Shown piece after piece: positions 7,302 through 16,019 of a stretch of 19,493 bases of DNA. The DNA is from Candidatus Bipolaricaulia bacterium (GTDB taxonomy: Bacteria > Bipolaricaulota > Bipolaricaulia > JBHIAT01), in the NCBI GenBank assembly GCA_046758705.1, contig JBHIAT010000058.1, forward strand, positions 1 to 19,493. Reading direction: 5' to 3'. A program made the position numbers and the translations under genes. A model generated the notes under the pieces. The model ran no database searches. It saw only the letters and a program-made list of their open reading frames with translations, and was not told the DNA's origin. Numbering within the stretch: position 1 is the stretch's first letter; each line of letters opens with the position of its first letter.

Positions 7302-9407
7302 ATGAAGCTCGAAGCGGGCCAGCAGTTTCATGTCGAAATCGATCCCGAGTTCCTCGAGATCAGCCTGCTTCCCCTCAATCCTGTCCTCAACAAGCTTCTC
7401 GCCTCTCCGGACGAGGCGACACTGACCTTCGTCAATCCCTCGGGAGAGGCAATTTCATGTCGGCTGAACCGCCGTGAGGGGGTCATCAAGGGAGAGGGTC
7501 TGGGCGCGTTCTGGCCGGATCCCGGCTCGTGGGTTCAGATCACCGTCCTCGATCCCCAGGCGCCTCGCTTTCTCGTGGAATCGGTCCCGCTCGTTCGGTG
7601 GGAGAGCACGGAGGTGGACCCTGTGGACACAAACGGGTTGGCCGTTGAGCTGGACCTCTCGTCCGTCGAGGAGCTTCGGGAACGCTTGGTATCCGCTCAG
7701 TTCGACCCCGAGGTGTCCGTCTACCTACACGATCGTGCCCGCTACCTCTGTCTCACGCCGGGCTTTGAGACGCTGATCTCGCTGCCGGTGCTCCGGGTGG
7801 AGCCCTTCGACTATCAGCGGGAGACGGCCCGTCAGGTGACCCAACAGATGCGCGGTCGAGCTCTCCTCTGTGATGAGGTCGGGCTGGGAAAGACCATCGA
7901 GGCTGGGCTGATCCTGACCGAGTACATGATGCGGGGTCTGGTCAACAAGGCCCTCATCCTTACGCCCCCGTCGCTGGTGAGGCAGTGGAAGGAGGAGATG
8001 GAGAGCAAGTTCAACCTCGATTTCGTCCCCTATGACAGTGCCCGGTTTCAAGGGAGCCGGAACGGCTGGGAGACGTTCGACCGGGTCATCGCCTCGTTGT
8101 ACACGGCCAAACGGGAGCCCCACGCGACGAAGATCGAGAAGATTGCCTATGACCTTGTGATCGTGGACGAGGCCCACCACCTGAAAAACCGGCGGACTTT
8201 AAACTGGCGGTTCGTCAGCCGGCTCAAGAAGAAGTACATCCTGCTTTTGACAGCCACGCCGGTACAGAACGACCTCGAGGAGCTCTTTAACCTGATTACC
8301 CTGCTGCGACCGGGACAGCTTGAGACATCGAGATCGTTCAACAAGAAGTACCTGACCCGGGGTGATCGGCTCCGACCCCGGAACACTGACGAGCTGAGAC
8401 GTCTACTTCGCGGGGTGATGATTCGCCATAAACGGAGCGAGGTCGGGGTGGTCCTCCCCCCACGGCACGCCGAGATCATCGAGGTGGTCCCTACCGAGGA
8501 GGAGACAGCCTTCTACGGCCGGGTCACCAATCTCGTTCGAGACGAGTACCGGCGCGCCTCGGGCGGGGGGAGGAGCAAGGGCCTCAACCGGTTTGTGCTC
8601 AAGTTGTTACAGCGCGAGGCAGGCAGCAGCCTTCGGGCGGTTGTCCCCACCCTGAGGAAGCTCTGCGACGTCGAGAGCCTCCCGTTCCCGACCCGGGAGG
8701 CGTTCCGGGAGCTGATCGATTGGGCACAAGCGGTCGAAGAGACCACGAAAGCACGTGCCGTGGTGCAGCTTTTGGAGGGGCTGGGACCGGACGAAAAGGT
8801 CCTGCTGTTTACCGGCTTTCGCGAAACCCAGGAGTACCTGGCCGCTATCTTGGAGGAGGCCAACATCTCCTTTACCCGGTTTCACGGAGGTCTGCGCCGG
8901 GCTAAGAAGGAGAAGGCGATCGATGGCTTCCGCGACCGGGCGCGGGTGCTGCTGAGCACCGAATCGGGCGGCGAGGGGCGGAATCTCCAGTTCAGTCGCA
9001 TGATGATCAACTACGACCTCCCCTGGAACCCTATGCGGATCGAGCAACGTATCGGCCGCATCCATCGGATCGGTCAGGACCGCGAGGTCTACATTTACAA
9101 CCTCTCCGCGTCCAAAACCATCGAAGCCCACATCCTGTGGCTCCTCGATGCGAAGATTAACCTGTTCGAACTGGTCGTCGGGGAGCTGGACATGATCCTC
9201 GGAAACCTGCGTGATCGACGCGACTTCGAGGACATCGTTATGGAGATCTGGGCCCGGTGTCTGGACGAACGGGAACTAGAGAGTGAGATGGAGAGCTTCG
9301 GAGAGCAGCTGGTGGTCGCCCGCCGCCAATACGATCGAACGCAGGAGTACGATGACACGTTGTTCACAGAGCTGTTCCGCAGAGATCCCGACGGCGCAGG
9401 GAGATGA
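7302..9407 (+). CDS. SNF2/RapA-family SF2 helicase-like ATPase, YqhH-like, with extra N-terminal domain
   Basis: GRALLCDEVGLGKTIEAGL (motif I), LTPPSLVRQW, VIVDEAHHL (II), LLTATPVQN (III), LLSTESGGEGRNLQ (V), NYDLPWNPMRIEQRIGRIHRIGQ (VI). The C-terminal KINLFELVVGELDMIL is characteristic of Bacillus YqhH-like proteins. Confidence 0.9.
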   Translation: MKLEAGQQFHVEIDPEFLEISLLPLNPVLNKLLASPDEATLTFVNPSGEAISCRLNRREGVIKGEGLGAFWPDPGSWVQITVLDPQAPRFLVESVPLVRWESTEVDPVDTNGLAVELDLSSVEELRERLVSAQFDPEVSVYLHDRARYLCLTPGFETLISLPVLRVEPFDYQRETARQVTQQMRGRALLCDEVGLGKTIEAGLILTEYMMRGLVNKALILTPPSLVRQWKEEMESKFNLDFVPYDSARFQGSRNGWETFDRVIASLYTAKREPHATKIEKIAYDLVIVDEAHHLKNRRTLNWRFVSRLKKKYILLLTATPVQNDLEELFNLITLLRPGQLETSRSFNKKYLTRGDRLRPRNTDELRRLLRGVMIRHKRSEVGVVLPPRHAEIIEVVPTEEETAFYGRVTNLVRDEYRRASGGGRSKGLNRFVLKLLQREAGSSLRAVVPTLRKLCDVESLPFPTREAFRELIDWAQAVEETTKARAVVQLLEGLGPDEKVLLFTGFRETQEYLAAILEEANISFTRFHGGLRRAKKEKAIDGFRDRARVLLSTESGGEGRNLQFSRMMINYDLPWNPMRIEQRIGRIHRIGQDREVYIYNLSASKTIEAHILWLLDAKINLFELVVGELDMILGNLRDRRDFEDIVMEIWARCLDERELESEMESFGEQLVVARRQYDRTQEYDDTLFTELFRRDPDGAGR

Positions 9408-9416
9408 TCAGAACCG

Positions 9417-10508
9417 ATGCCGGTGCTCGGGAACGTCCCAGAGGCCGATCTCGACCTCGACCTGCAACGCTTTGTGATAGATTTCCTCAACTGGATCGGT
9501 GCCGAAGTGGAGGTGTCGGAGTACGCGTTGGTCGACGTGTTGATCCCGGAGGCGTATGCCGATCACTTCGACGGCCGGGAGATGTTACGGCTGGCCTTCG
9601 ATTCCGAGGTGGCAAGGGAGCACAAGGAGGCCCAGTTCATCACAGTTGGCAGTCCGCTGTTGGAGCGCATCGCTCGGCTCGCCCTTCGGCACGGACGCCT
9701 GTTGCAACGCTACCTTCTCGTTGACTACTTGGGACGGCCCTCCAACCTGTTGGAACGTGTTCGCGAGGTCTGCTCCTTTTATAAGTGCCGCTATCCGGTG
9801 GTCACGAACCGACAACAGGTTCACGACCATCCCTACCTGCTCTTCGAGTTCCTGGTGACCTTCGAGTCAGATGAGAAGACGGAGTTTGTACAGCCTGTCC
9901 TGGTTGACCTTCACTACGGACGCCTGGAGCAGGAACTCCTCCCGCATCTCGAGCACGCCATGTACGCGCCCAACCGGGAGGATCCCCTCCCGGTCGCAGA
10001 GGCGGTGTCGGCCGAGGAAGGCTACCGGCTGGCCATCGCACACCTGGGGGAGATCCTCAAGCCGAAGTTGTGGGAGTATGAACGGGAGCTGCAAGGCTAT
10101 AAAGCGGGGGAATTGGAGAAGACACACAGCTATTACAACGCCGTGGCTGAGGACCTGCGGGAGCGGATGGAACGTGCCGAGGCCGGGGATGACCCCCGGC
10201 GGAGAAGGCGGCTCGAGGAAAAGCTGGAGGCGAACGAAGCGGAACGGGTCCGCCGCCTCGAAGACATCGAGGCCAAGTTTTCGGTTCACGTCGCCGCCCG
10301 GCTCGATCGGGCGGTCTGTTACTTGATCCCTCGGCTCACCGTGGCACTCTCTGTGCAGCAGCGATCCTCACGGTATCGCGTACCGGTCATCTACAATCCC
10401 CTCTCCCGAGCGATCCTCCCGCCCCGGTGCACCCGGTGTGGGGCACTCCCCTCCTCGATCGATTTCGACGAAGCGAGACGGCCGATCTGCGCCCACCGGC
10501 ACCGCTGA
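9417..10508 (+). CDS. YqhG-like protein with C-terminal coiled coil and CxxC...CxH zinc-finger-like tail
   Basis: LQRFVIDFL, QFITVGSPLLERI and PYLLFEFLVTFESDEKTE resemble YqhG-family blocks. It lies 9 nt after the YqhH-like gene, the same order as B. subtilis yqhH-yqhG. Tail: CTRCG...ICAHRHR. Confidence 0.7.
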   Translation: MPVLGNVPEADLDLDLQRFVIDFLNWIGAEVEVSEYALVDVLIPEAYADHFDGREMLRLAFDSEVAREHKEAQFITVGSPLLERIARLALRHGRLLQRYLLVDYLGRPSNLLERVREVCSFYKCRYPVVTNRQQVHDHPYLLFEFLVTFESDEKTEFVQPVLVDLHYGRLEQELLPHLEHAMYAPNREDPLPVAEAVSAEEGYRLAIAHLGEILKPKLWEYERELQGYKAGELEKTHSYYNAVAEDLRERMERAEAGDDPRRRRRLEEKLEANEAERVRRLEDIEAKFSVHVAARLDRAVCYLIPRLTVALSVQQRSSRYRVPVIYNPLSRAILPPRCTRCGALPSSIDFDEARRPICAHRHR

Positions 10509-10577
10509 TTCTTATCCAAGGTCTCTGTCCAAATCCAGCGTGGTGCGCATATGAATTCACCTCGATCGAGCCATCGT

Positions 10578-10612
10578 TTGAATGAACGTAAGCTCCCTAT
10601 GTATCATAGGGA
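10578..10612 (+). promoter_or_regulatory. Putative xseA promoter with overlapping palindrome
   Basis: TTGAAT (10578-10583), 18 nt spacer, TATCAT (10602-10607). Perfect inverted repeat TCCCTATG-tat-CATAGGGA (10594-10612) covers the -10 and the SD. Confidence 0.45.
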
Positions 10613-10620
10613 CGAACAAC

Positions 10621-11928
10621 ATGGAGGATCTCTGGTCCCAATTCGATCAGGAAATCTATACGATCTCCCGGCTGAACCGGGAGGCACGGGAGCTGCTCGA
10701 ATCCCACCTCTCGCATCTCTGGATCGAAGGCGAGATCTCCAACTTCAAGCGGGCCGCCTCGGGACATATGTACTTCACCCTAAAGGACGAGAACTCGGAG
10801 ATCGACGCGGCGATGTTCTCCCACCTCAACAGTCGCCTCGATTTCGAGCCGGAGGACGGGATGAGCGTCCTGGCCTACGGCACGCTCACCATCTACGAGC
10901 CCCGCGGCCGGTACCAGATCGTGCTCCGGGAGATGCTGCCCGCGGGGGTTGGAAAGCTGCAGCTCCAGTTCGAGCAACTCAAGGCGAAACTCCAACAGGA
11001 GGGGTTGTTCGACGAGGCGCACAAGCGAGGGACTCCTCCGTCCCCTGAGCGGATTGGGATCGTCACCTCGGCAACCGGGGCGGCGGTGCGGGATATCGTC
11101 TCGATCCTCTCTCGGCGCTATCCACCGGTGGCGGTCTACCTGTTCCCGGTGCGGGTTCAGGGAGAGGGGGCCGCCGAGGAGATCGCCGCGGCGATCCGGT
11201 CGGCTAACCGCTACAGTGAGACTGTCGAGCCGATCGATCTGCTGATCGTCGGGCGGGGCGGCGGATCGCTGGAGGATCTATGGGCGTTCAACGAGGAGGT
11301 CGTCGCCCGGGCGATCTTTGACTCTAACGTGCCGATCATCTCGGCCGTCGGCCACGAGATCGACTTCACCATCGCCGACTTTGTCGCCGACCTGCGGGCT
11401 CCGACCCCGTCGGCAGCCGCTGAATGGGCCGTCCCCGATCGCAACGAGCTGATCACGCGGGTGAACGAGCTGCTCCTCGGGGCGATCCGCTCGCAACAGG
11501 GACGGGTCCAAGACCTGAGCCGGGAGCTCGACGTGCTGCTGAGCCGCTATGCGTTCCGCTATCCCCTGCGCCGAGTTCGGGAGGCCGATCAAACCCTGGA
11601 CCGTCTGACCGAGATGCTGATCCGTGCGATCGCCTCCCGATGGCGAGACCGGCGCGGCCGGTTCGAAAACCTGGTTCAGCGTCTGGAGCTCGCCAACCCG
11701 GCTGCGATCCTGAGACGCGGGTATGCGGTGGTCGAATCCGAGGCGACCGGGGCGATCGTCAAACGGATGGATCAGGTCGACATCGGGGATCGGGTGCGGG
11801 TCCGACTGCATCGAGGTGGACTGGTCTGTGAGGTCGAGGGGGTGATTGAAGCAGATGGATATCGAGGAGATCAAGGTGGAGCAGGGACTGACCCGGCTCG
11901 AAGAGATTGTGAACGCGCTGGAGAGTGA
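10621..11928 (+). CDS. xseA: Exodeoxyribonuclease VII large subunit
   Basis: WIEGEISNFKRAASGHMYFTLKD OB fold, RIGIVTSATGAAVRDI, VGRGGGSLEDLWAFNEE, ISAVGHEIDFTIADFVADLRAPTPSAAAE. Start re-called at ATG 10621 after SD AGGGA. Confidence 0.97.
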   Translation: MEDLWSQFDQEIYTISRLNREARELLESHLSHLWIEGEISNFKRAASGHMYFTLKDENSEIDAAMFSHLNSRLDFEPEDGMSVLAYGTLTIYEPRGRYQIVLREMLPAGVGKLQLQFEQLKAKLQQEGLFDEAHKRGTPPSPERIGIVTSATGAAVRDIVSILSRRYPPVAVYLFPVRVQGEGAAEEIAAAIRSANRYSETVEPIDLLIVGRGGGSLEDLWAFNEEVVARAIFDSNVPIISAVGHEIDFTIADFVADLRAPTPSAAAEWAVPDRNELITRVNELLLGAIRSQQGRVQDLSRELDVLLSRYAFRYPLRRVREADQTLDRLTEMLIRAIASRWRDRRGRFENLVQRLELANPAAILRRGYAVVESEATGAIVKRMDQVDIGDRVRVRLHRGGLVCEVEGVIEADGYRGDQGGAGTDPARRDCERAGE

Positions 11929-12079
11929 TGAGGTCTCGCTGGAAGAATCGCTGACGCTCTTTGAGGAAGGGGTGAAACTCGCCGACATGCTCAAGCGGAA
12001 GCTGAACGAGAGCGAGTTGAGGGTGAAGCAGGTGATGGAGGAGGCGGGATCCTTTGAGTGGAGGGATTTTGAAATCTAA
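11855..12079 (+). CDS. xseB: Exodeoxyribonuclease VII small subunit
   Basis: RLEEIVNALESDEVSLEESLTLFEEGVKLA...LNESELRV. Start is ATG 11855 or TTG 11846. Confidence 0.93.
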   Translation: MDIEEIKVEQGLTRLEEIVNALESDEVSLEESLTLFEEGVKLADMLKRKLNESELRVKQVMEEAGSFEWRDFEI

Positions 12080-12096
12080 GTTGAGGCCGGTATAAT
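12069..12096 (+). promoter_or_regulatory. Putative promoter for trxB
   Basis: TTGAAA (12069-12074), 16 nt spacer, TATAAT (12091-12096). Confidence 0.6.
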
Positions 12097-12153
12097 TACC
12101 TTGAACTTTCACATCCGTGATTGGAATCGACAACCGATGGAGGGCATGTGCAG

Positions 12154-13110
12154 ATGGATCATGATGTGATCATCCTGGGCGGCGGCCCGGCGGGCCTGGC
12201 AGCAGCGATCTATACCTCCAGGGCACAGCTGAGGACGCTGCTCTTGGAGAAGGAAATTCCCGGCGGCCAGCTTAACAAGACGACCGATGTGGAGAACTAT
12301 CCCGGTTTCGAGGAAGGGATCCAGGGCCCCGAGTTAATGTTACGGATGCGCAACCAAGCGGAGCGCTTCGGGACCGAGATCGAGCAGGAGGAGGTCGTCG
12401 ACGTCGAGCTGGATAGCTTCGAGAAGGTCGTGATCACCGACGTGGGGCGCCATACCGCCCCGTGCATCATCGTCGCCACCGGTGCCGGGCCGATCGAGCT
12501 GCTGGCCAAAGGGGCTCGGGAGTTTACAGGAAAAGGGCTGTCGTACTGCGCCACCTGCGATGGCTACTTCTTCCAGGGGGCGAAGCTCCTGGAGATCGGG
12601 GCTGGGGACTCCGGCTTCACCGAAGCGCTGTTCCTCACGCGATTCGCCGATGAGCTCCGCATCGTCGTCCGTCATTCCCAGGACGACCCACACGCGTTCC
12701 GGGCTAAGGACGGTCTCCTCCGGGAGAAGGTGATGAACCACGAGAAGATCGGGTTCATCTGGAACGCTGAGGTGGTCGAGATCAAGGGCGACGGCCATGT
12801 CTCATCGGTCGTCTTGAGGAACTTGGAGACCGGAGAAGAGTTCGAAGAGCCGGTGGGGGGAGTGTTCGTGAACATCGGTCATGCCCCGGCGACCGCGTTT
12901 CTCAACGGGAAGGTCGAGATGAACGAACGTGGCTACCTCCTCACCGATGAGCGGATGAGGACGAACATCCCGGGGATGTACGCCGCTGGCGATGCCCGGG
13001 CGCTCGCCGGGGAGTACGCGCAGGCAGTAATCGCCGCCGGTGACGGCTGCATCGCCGCCTTAGAGGTCGAAAAATATATCGAGGATCACCACGACCGGCT
13101 GGCGTCCTGA
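12154..13110 (+). CDS. trxB: Thioredoxin-disulfide reductase (low molecular weight type)
   Basis: DVIILGGGPAGLAAAIY (FAD site), VENYPGF, GLSYCATCDG (redox CxxC), TNIPGMYAAGD, QAVIAAGDG. Start re-called at ATG 12154 with SD GGAGGG 12139-12144. Confidence 0.93.
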   Translation: MDHDVIILGGGPAGLAAAIYTSRAQLRTLLLEKEIPGGQLNKTTDVENYPGFEEGIQGPELMLRMRNQAERFGTEIEQEEVVDVELDSFEKVVITDVGRHTAPCIIVATGAGPIELLAKGAREFTGKGLSYCATCDGYFFQGAKLLEIGAGDSGFTEALFLTRFADELRIVVRHSQDDPHAFRAKDGLLREKVMNHEKIGFIWNAEVVEIKGDGHVSSVVLRNLETGEEFEEPVGGVFVNIGHAPATAFLNGKVEMNERGYLLTDERMRTNIPGMYAAGDARALAGEYAQAVIAAGDGCIAALEVEKYIEDHHDRLAS

Positions 13111-13132
13111 TCGTTCACCATCTGCCCGCCGA

Positions 13133-13519
13133 TCAGGATCCGGTCTCGGCGATGATCACCACCTGGCTCCTATCTCCAAGGCCGCCGCTGTCCGTCACCC
13201 TCAGCTCCACGACGTATCTTCCCGGGATATCCGGGATGAACTGAGGGGTCGAGGAGTTGGCGTTAATGATGCCCGCCTGGCTGTCGCTCGGTTTCTCGAC
13301 CATGATCCATTGATAGTCTAGAAATTCGGTGTCCGGGTCCCCGGAACTGGTCCCGTCGAGCGTGACCATCGCTCCGACGGTCACCGTCCGATTCGGCCCC
13401 ACCGCCACAGCGATCGGCGCACGATTGCGGATGAGGAGGGAGGCGCAACCGGCTATCACCAACAGCACGGAGATGCCGACGACTGATAGGATCCAAATCT
13501 TTGTCCGCGTCTGCTTCAT
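13133..13519 (-). CDS. Putative lipoprotein with a single PKD/Ig-like domain
   Basis: Basic N-terminus, hydrophobic helix and lipobox IAG-C. NRAPIAVA...VTLDGTSSGDPD...YQW...PGRYVVELRVTD is PKD-like. ATG 13519 overlaps the rbfA stop (ATGA). Confidence 0.8.
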   Translation of the reverse strand: MKQTRTKIWILSVVGISVLLVIAGCASLLIRNRAPIAVAVGPNRTVTVGAMVTLDGTSSGDPDTEFLDYQWIMVEKPSDSQAGIINANSSTPQFIPDIPGRYVVELRVTDSGGLGDRSQVVIIAETGS

Positions 13520-13875
13520 GCTTCCCACTCTTCCTCTGCTTCCATCTCTTTCAGCAGTTGTTCAATCCGTCCCGCTCGTTCCACGGTCTCGTCGAGACGG
13601 AAGTCGAGTTCAGGGGTATGGCGCAGTGCGAGTCGGTCGGCCAACTCGCTCCTAAAGAAGCCGGCGTGCTCCCGGAATGCCGTCAGTGCTTCATCCCGTC
13701 CGGCTTCATCCCCCGGGATATGGAGATAGACCTTAGCGTGTCGCATGTCCCGGGAGAGCTCCACCCCCATGACCGTGACAAATCCGATTCTGGGATCCCG
13801 GGTCTCGAACTCGATGATCTGACTGAGTGCTCGCCGGATTTCCTCCTGTCTCTTCTTGAGGACCCGGTTGACCAT
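13516..13875 (-). CDS. rbfA: Ribosome-binding factor A
   Basis: EEIRRALSQII...RDPRIGFVTVMGVELSRDMRHAKVY...LRHTPELDFRLD. Start re-called at ATG 13875 after SD GGGTGA; downstream of infB. Confidence 0.95.
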   Translation of the reverse strand: MVNRVLKKRQEEIRRALSQIIEFETRDPRIGFVTVMGVELSRDMRHAKVYLHIPGDEAGRDEALTAFREHAGFFRSELADRLALRHTPELDFRLDETVERAGRIEQLLKEMEAEEEWEA

Positions 13876-13892
13876 GATCAGGATCACCCAGG

Positions 13893-14180
13893 CTAGACGA
13901 GTTCGATACGATAGCTCTCGATCAAAATCCGACCCCGATCCTCGTGTTCGACCCGGTTCACCAACTTTGCCAGAACGCGGTCGCTTACCCCACCATCGTT
14001 GGAGATGTGAGCAACCCCGATCTGAGCCCGCCTCCAATCGTCCTGATAGCCGAGTTCGGCCACCGAGACATTGTATTGCGACCTGATCCGCTCGATCAAC
14101 GGCTTGAGGATCGCCCGTTTCTCCTTGAGGGATCGTGGACTGTGGAGAGACAGCTCGAGTGTTAAGATACCGACCTTCAT
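13893..14180 (-). CDS. ylxP: DUF503 (YlxP-like) protein
   Basis: VGILTLEL...SLKEKRAILK...YNVSVAE...QDDWRRAQIGVA; conserved position between infB and rbfA. Confidence 0.88.
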   Translation of the reverse strand: MKVGILTLELSLHSPRSLKEKRAILKPLIERIRSQYNVSVAELGYQDDWRRAQIGVAHISNDGGVSDRVLAKLVNRVEHEDRGRILIESYRIELV

Positions 14181-14204
14181 GGCTCGGCTTGCGGATATGG
14201 GCCG

Positions 14205-15938
14205 CTACCCTTTGACCTCCGTGACGGTGTAAATCTCCAGTTGATCCCCGACCTTGATGTCATCGAAGTCGCCGATACGGATCCCGCATTCGCGTCCGCT
14301 CGCGACTTGCCGGACGTTCTCTTCATAACGCTTGAGGCTTGCGATCGTGCCCTCGAAGATCATCTCGCCATCCCGCAACACCCTCACCCCCGCGTTACGT
14401 TGGACCACTCCATCGCTGACATAGCAGCCGACCACCACACCGACGCCGGGGATGTTGAACAGGTGTCGCACTTCGACCTCACCGATCTTCTCCTCAACGT
14501 ACTTCGGTTGGACCAATCCGACCATCACTCGCTCGATCGCGTCGGTCAGTTCGTAGATCACCTCATAGACTTGCAGGGTCACCCGTTCCTGCTTCGCCCG
14601 GCTCTCTGCGTTGCGATCGACCCCGATCCGATATCCGATGACCGCCGACCGGTTTTGGGAGGCGGAGGCAAGCAGGATGTCGCTCTCAGTGATCGGGCCG
14701 ACACCTCTGTGGATGAACTCGAGGTTGACCTCCTGCACTTCAAGCTGGCTCAGTTCCCCCTCCAACGCCTCCAGAGAACCGGCTGTGTCCGCTTTGACCA
14801 CCAGATCGAGCTTCTCCCCCATCGCCGCTTCGAACAGCTCCTCCACGCTCTTCCTGGACTCCCGAAGCCGCTGACTCCGCTGTTCCTGCTGTCGGGCGTT
14901 CGCGATCCGCTTGGCCTCGGAGAGGCTCTCGATCACTGCGAACGGGACCCCAGCCGAGGGCACGTCCGAAAGGCCGAGGATCTCGACAGGGATCCCGGGG
15001 AGGACCCGTTTGACCCGGTCCCTCTGGTCGTTCAGGAGCGCCCGGATCCGGCCGTAGGCGGTCCCGGCGAGCAGGATGTCTCGTTCCTCGAGCGTCCCTT
15101 CCTTGACGATGACCGAGGCGATCGGCCCCCGGGTCGGATCGAGAGAGCCTTCGATGACGGTTCCGACGGCTTTCTTGCCCGGATCGGCCCGCAGATCCTC
15201 GAGCTCAGCGACGAGCAGGATCATCTCAAGCAACTCCTCGATGTTCTCCCCGGTGAGGGCCGAGATCGGGATGGTGATCGTCTCGCCCCCCCAGTCCTCG
15301 GGGGTGAGCTCCTCCTGGGTGAGCTGATTCATCACTCGGTCGAGGTCGGCGTTCCGTTTGTCGATCTTGTTGATCACCACGATTACCGGGACATCGGCCG
15401 CCCGGATGTGGTTGATCGCCTCCTTGGTTTGTGTCATGACGCCTTCATCAGCGGCAACGACCAAGACGGCGATGTCGGTCACCTGAGCGCCACGGGCACG
15501 CATGCGGGTGAACGCCTCATGTCCTGGCGTATCGATAAACGTGATCTGCTTGCCGTTGTAGGCAATCTGGTAGGCCCCGATCGCCTGAGTGATCCCGCCG
15601 GCCTCGCCCGCAGTCATATCGGTCTGCTTGATCGTCGACAGCAGGGTCGTCTTGCCGTGGTCGATATGGCCGAGCACCGCCACCACCGGCGGCCGGGGTT
15701 CTCCTTCCCGCTCCGGTTCGGGAACTTTGACCTTTGTCTTTGTCTTTGTCTCAGTTTGGGCTTCGTCCACCGTCTCGATCCCTCCGAACAGATCGATAAT
15801 CAGATGGTATGCCTCCTCGTCGAGGGTGTTCAAAGACGAAGTGATCTCTTCCAACCCCACCTCGTGGAGCTGGGCGATCATCTCCTCGGTCGATACCCCG
15901 AGCTCTTTGGCGACCTCATAGATCCGTTTTTTGGCCAC
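14205..15938 (-). CDS. infB: Translation initiation factor IF-2 (compact, 577 aa)
   Basis: IF2_[60 protein letters not shown]-terminal GRECGI. GTG start with SD AAGGA. Confidence 0.98.
   Translation of the reverse strand: MAKKRIYEVAKELGVSTEEMIAQLHEVGLEEITSSLNTLDEEAYHLIIDLFGGIETVDEAQTETKTKTKVKVPEPEREGEPRPPVVAVLGHIDHGKTTLLSTIKQTDMTAGEAGGITQAIGAYQIAYNGKQITFIDTPGHEAFTRMRARGAQVTDIAVLVVAADEGVMTQTKEAINHIRAADVPVIVVINKIDKRNADLDRVMNQLTQEELTPEDWGGETITIPISALTGENIEELLEMILLVAELEDLRADPGKKAVGTVIEGSLDPTRGPIASVIVKEGTLEERDILLAGTAYGRIRALLNDQRDRVKRVLPGIPVEILGLSDVPSAGVPFAVIESLSEAKRIANARQQEQRSQRLRESRKSVEELFEAAMGEKLDLVVKADTAGSLEALEGELSQLEVQEVNLEFIHRGVGPITESDILLASASQNRSAVIGYRIGVDRNAESRAKQERVTLQVYEVIYELTDAIERVMVGLVQPKYVEEKIGEVEVRHLFNIPGVGVVVGCYVSDGVVQRNAGVRVLRDGEMIFEGTIASLKRYEENVRQVASGRECGIRIGDFDDIKVGDQLEIYTVTEVKG
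15733..15750. repeat. Hexanucleotide tandem repeat (TTTGTC)x3 in the IF-2 N-terminal linker
   Basis: Directly visible; encodes the TKTKTK stretch. Confidence 0.6.
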
Positions 15939-16019
15939 ACCGACATCCTTCTCCCATATACGAGTGGGCTTGGAAAAACAACGATGGTATATAGGAACCT
16001 ATAGATCTTTTACACGATT

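Noticed and set aside
9404-9724. ORF starting at an ATGA overlap with the SNF2 stop
   Set aside because: Arg/Gly-rich with no motifs; overlaps the YqhG-like frame, which has family-like blocks.
10442-10585. Alternative frame reading ...GLCPNPAWCAYEF, suggesting a frameshifted zinc-ribbon end for the YqhG-like gene
   Set aside because: The in-frame tail already supplies a plausible second ligand pair, and no slippery heptamer is evident; likely chance.
13876-14037. N-terminal extension of rbfA in the ORF track (173 aa)
   Set aside because: Overlaps the DUF503 gene out of frame; ATG 13875 has an SD and gives a normal 119-aa RbfA.
14241-16004. 587-aa + strand ORF
   Set aside because: Antisense shadow of infB with no domain signature.
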